Assembly (NCBI GenBank): GCA_946534585.1 | Contig: CAMNCV010000048.1 | Coordinates: 19,245-83,244 of the forward strand | Origin: an uncultured Prevotellaceae bacterium | GTDB lineage: Bacteria > Bacteroidota > Bacteroidia > Bacteroidales > Bacteroidaceae | DNA: 64,000 nt | Direction: 5' to 3' | Part shown: in pieces, positions 62,407 to 64,000 of the stretch | Layout of the letters: each line of letters starts with the position of its first letter | How positions within the stretch are numbered: position 1 is the stretch's first letter | Notes under the pieces: generated by a model | The model's database searches: none | Told to the model about the DNA's origin: nothing | The model's input: only the letters and a program-made list of their open reading frames with translations | Position numbers and translations under genes: made by a program

Positions 62407-63417
62407 ATGTCACTTATTGAACAGATTGTAGCGCGTGCTAAGGCAAACAAGCAGCGCATCGTGCTCCCCGAAGCTGAGGAGGAGCGCACCCTCATTGCTG
62501 CCGACAAGGTGTTGGAGCAGGAGATTGCAGACCTTATCCTTATCGGTAACCCAGCAAAGGTGGAGGCTCTCGCCAAGGAGCACAACCTGAAGAACATCGG
62601 CAAGGCTACGCTTATCGACCCTGAGAACTATGAGCGTTCGGAGGAGTTGGCTCAGCTCCTGCAGAAGCTTCGCGAGAAGAAGGGCATGACCATCGAGAAG
62701 GCTCGCGAACTGGTTAAGAACCCTCTCTACCTCGGTTGCCTCATCATCAAGACTGAGGGTGCCGACGGTCAGATTTCCGGTGCTCTCTCTACAACGGGCG
62801 ACACCCTGCGCCCTGCACTGCAGATTATCAAGACCGCACCTGGCATCTCTTGCGTATCAGGCGCTATGCTGATGATTACCGACAAGCCGGAGTATGGTGA
62901 GAACGGCGTTCTCGTCTTCGCTGACGTTGCCGTTACTCCAATGCCTGATGCTAACCAGCTCGGTCAGATTGCAGTATGCGCTGCACAGACAGCTCGCTCG
63001 GTAGCAGGTTTCGCTGACCCACGCGTGGCTATGTGCTCTTTCTCTACGAAGGGTTCTGCTTCTCACGAGGTTGTTGACAAGGTTGTGGAGGCTACAAAGA
63101 TTGCCAAGGAACTTGATCCTAACCTCAAGATTGACGGTGAGCTGCAGGCTGACGCAGCCCTCGTTCCTGCCGTAGGACAGAAGAAGGCTCCGGGTTCTGA
63201 GATAGCAGGTAAGGCTAACGTACTCGTATTCCCTAACCTCGAGGTGGGCAACATCGGTTACAAGCTCGTGCAGCGTCTTGCCGGTGCAACGGCTCTCGGT
63301 CCTATCCTTCAGGGTATCGCACGTCCGGTCAACGACCTTTCACGTGGCTGCTCAGTAGAAGACATCGTAAACCTCGTCGCTATCACTGCTTGTCAGGCAA
63401 TGGACGCTAAATCATAA
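62407..63417 (+). CDS. pta: Phosphate acetyltransferase
   Basis: [55 protein letters not shown]. Confidence 0.97.
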   Translation: MSLIEQIVARAKANKQRIVLPEAEEERTLIAADKVLEQEIADLILIGNPAKVEALAKEHNLKNIGKATLIDPENYERSEELAQLLQKLREKKGMTIEKARELVKNPLYLGCLIIKTEGADGQISGALSTTGDTLRPALQIIKTAPGISCVSGAMLMITDKPEYGENGVLVFADVAVTPMPDANQLGQIAVCAAQTARSVAGFADPRVAMCSFSTKGSASHEVVDKVVEATKIAKELDPNLKIDGELQADAALVPAVGQKKAPGSEIAGKANVLVFPNLEVGNIGYKLVQRLAGATALGPILQGIARPVNDLSRGCSVEDIVNLVAITACQAMDAKS

Positions 63418-63442
63418 AGCACTCGATGTGCTTTATGATTTA

Positions 63443-63918
63443 AGTGAATAGTGAATAATGAATAGTGAATAATACAGATTACGTTTTTCTGATGTATAAC
63501 GCTGAGTCAACAATTCAAACGAAATGCTGCGATTTCGCTGCAAGGATAACCAAAATGGTGGCTTATCTGCAAAGGAAGAGAGGTAAACTGTATAATCCTA
63601 TTTATAACCAGATTCTTCGTTCCGGAACTTCTATAATGGCTAATGTGAGTGAATCACAATATGCACAGAGTCGGGCTGATTTCATTACGAAACTTCATAT
63701 AGCACTCAAGGAAGCCAATGAGACGAAAAACTGGTTGAGACTGCTTTTTGCAAGTGGCTGTCTTTTAGAAAAAGAGTTTAAAAGCATGAATAATGACTGC
63801 GGAGAAATTCTGGCTATTCTGACGGCATCACTGAATACTGCAAAAAAGAACGACCTTGCTGACAAGGCGAGGTAATTTGTATTATTCATTATTCACTATT
63901 CACTATTCATTATTCACT
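63443..63918. mobile_element. Putative inverted-repeat-bounded element carrying a four-helix-bundle gene, between pta and ackA
   Basis: Left arm (ARTGAAT)x4 AATACAGATTAC (63443-63482); right arm GTAATTTGTATT (ATTCAYT)x5 (63872-63918); AT-rich cargo. Mobility is inferred, no recombinase encoded. Confidence 0.6.
63492..63875 (+). CDS. Four-helix-bundle protein (23S rRNA IVP / TIGR02436 family)
   Basis: QILRSGTSIMANVSE..AQSRADFITKLHIALKEANETKNWL family pattern; about 127 aa; alternative GTG start at 63465. Confidence 0.9.
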   Translation: MYNAESTIQTKCCDFAARITKMVAYLQRKRGKLYNPIYNQILRSGTSIMANVSESQYAQSRADFITKLHIALKEANETKNWLRLLFASGCLLEKEFKSMNNDCGEILAILTASLNTAKKNDLADKAR

Positions 63919-63934
63919 AAAAAATAAATAAAAA

Positions 63935-64000
63935 ATGAAAATTTTAGTTTTAAACTGCGGTAGCAGTTCCATTAAATATCAGTTGTTCAATACTGAGACC
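63935..64000 (+). CDS. ackA: Acetate kinase, N-terminus (3' truncated by window)
   Basis: MKILVLNCGSSSIKYQLF; follows pta. Confidence 0.93.
   Translation, partial: MKILVLNCGSSSIKYQLFNTET

Noticed and set aside
63492-63875. Diversity-generating retroelement, suggested by the Avd-like fold
   Set aside because: No reverse transcriptase and no TR/VR pair with adenine-specific mismatches seen; the flanks are pta and ackA.

Overview
Core-chromosome window from a Bacteroidales genome, most likely Prevotellaceae (inferred from TAnnTTTG/-33 TTG promoters, AT-rich leaders and gene content). About 43 CDSs and one tRNA-Pro(GGG). Contents: a 22-kb nitrogen-assimilation cluster (asnB, purF-like, pyrG, porin-amtB-glnK, sufB, gltBD, dapF-dapL-GSIII, argH), three secreted glycan-active enzymes (GH95, tandem esterase, multi-domain GH10), a SprE/PorW-like T9SS lipoprotein with a 7x51-bp repeat tail, and housekeeping genes. 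I recognised no transposase, integrase, reverse transcriptase, prophage or CRISPR array. The most interesting signal is in the repeats. A low-GC four-helix-bundle (23S-rRNA-IVP/Avd-like) gene sits between pta and ackA, bracketed by ~40-bp inverted arms built of 7-bp tandem units. Gene-less hairpins of the same design occur between genes and in-frame inside gltD, gltB and an acyl-CoA synthetase, with 8- and 9-bp-unit relatives elsewhere. Also found: seven intergenic arrays of quasi-palindromic units on a strict 22-bp period, a dispersed GGTG-N15-CACC motif, and a candidate nitrogen-regulon operator (TKACAnnnTG). Calls rest on motif recognition by eye; no searches were run, and hand-counted coordinates may be off by a base or two.
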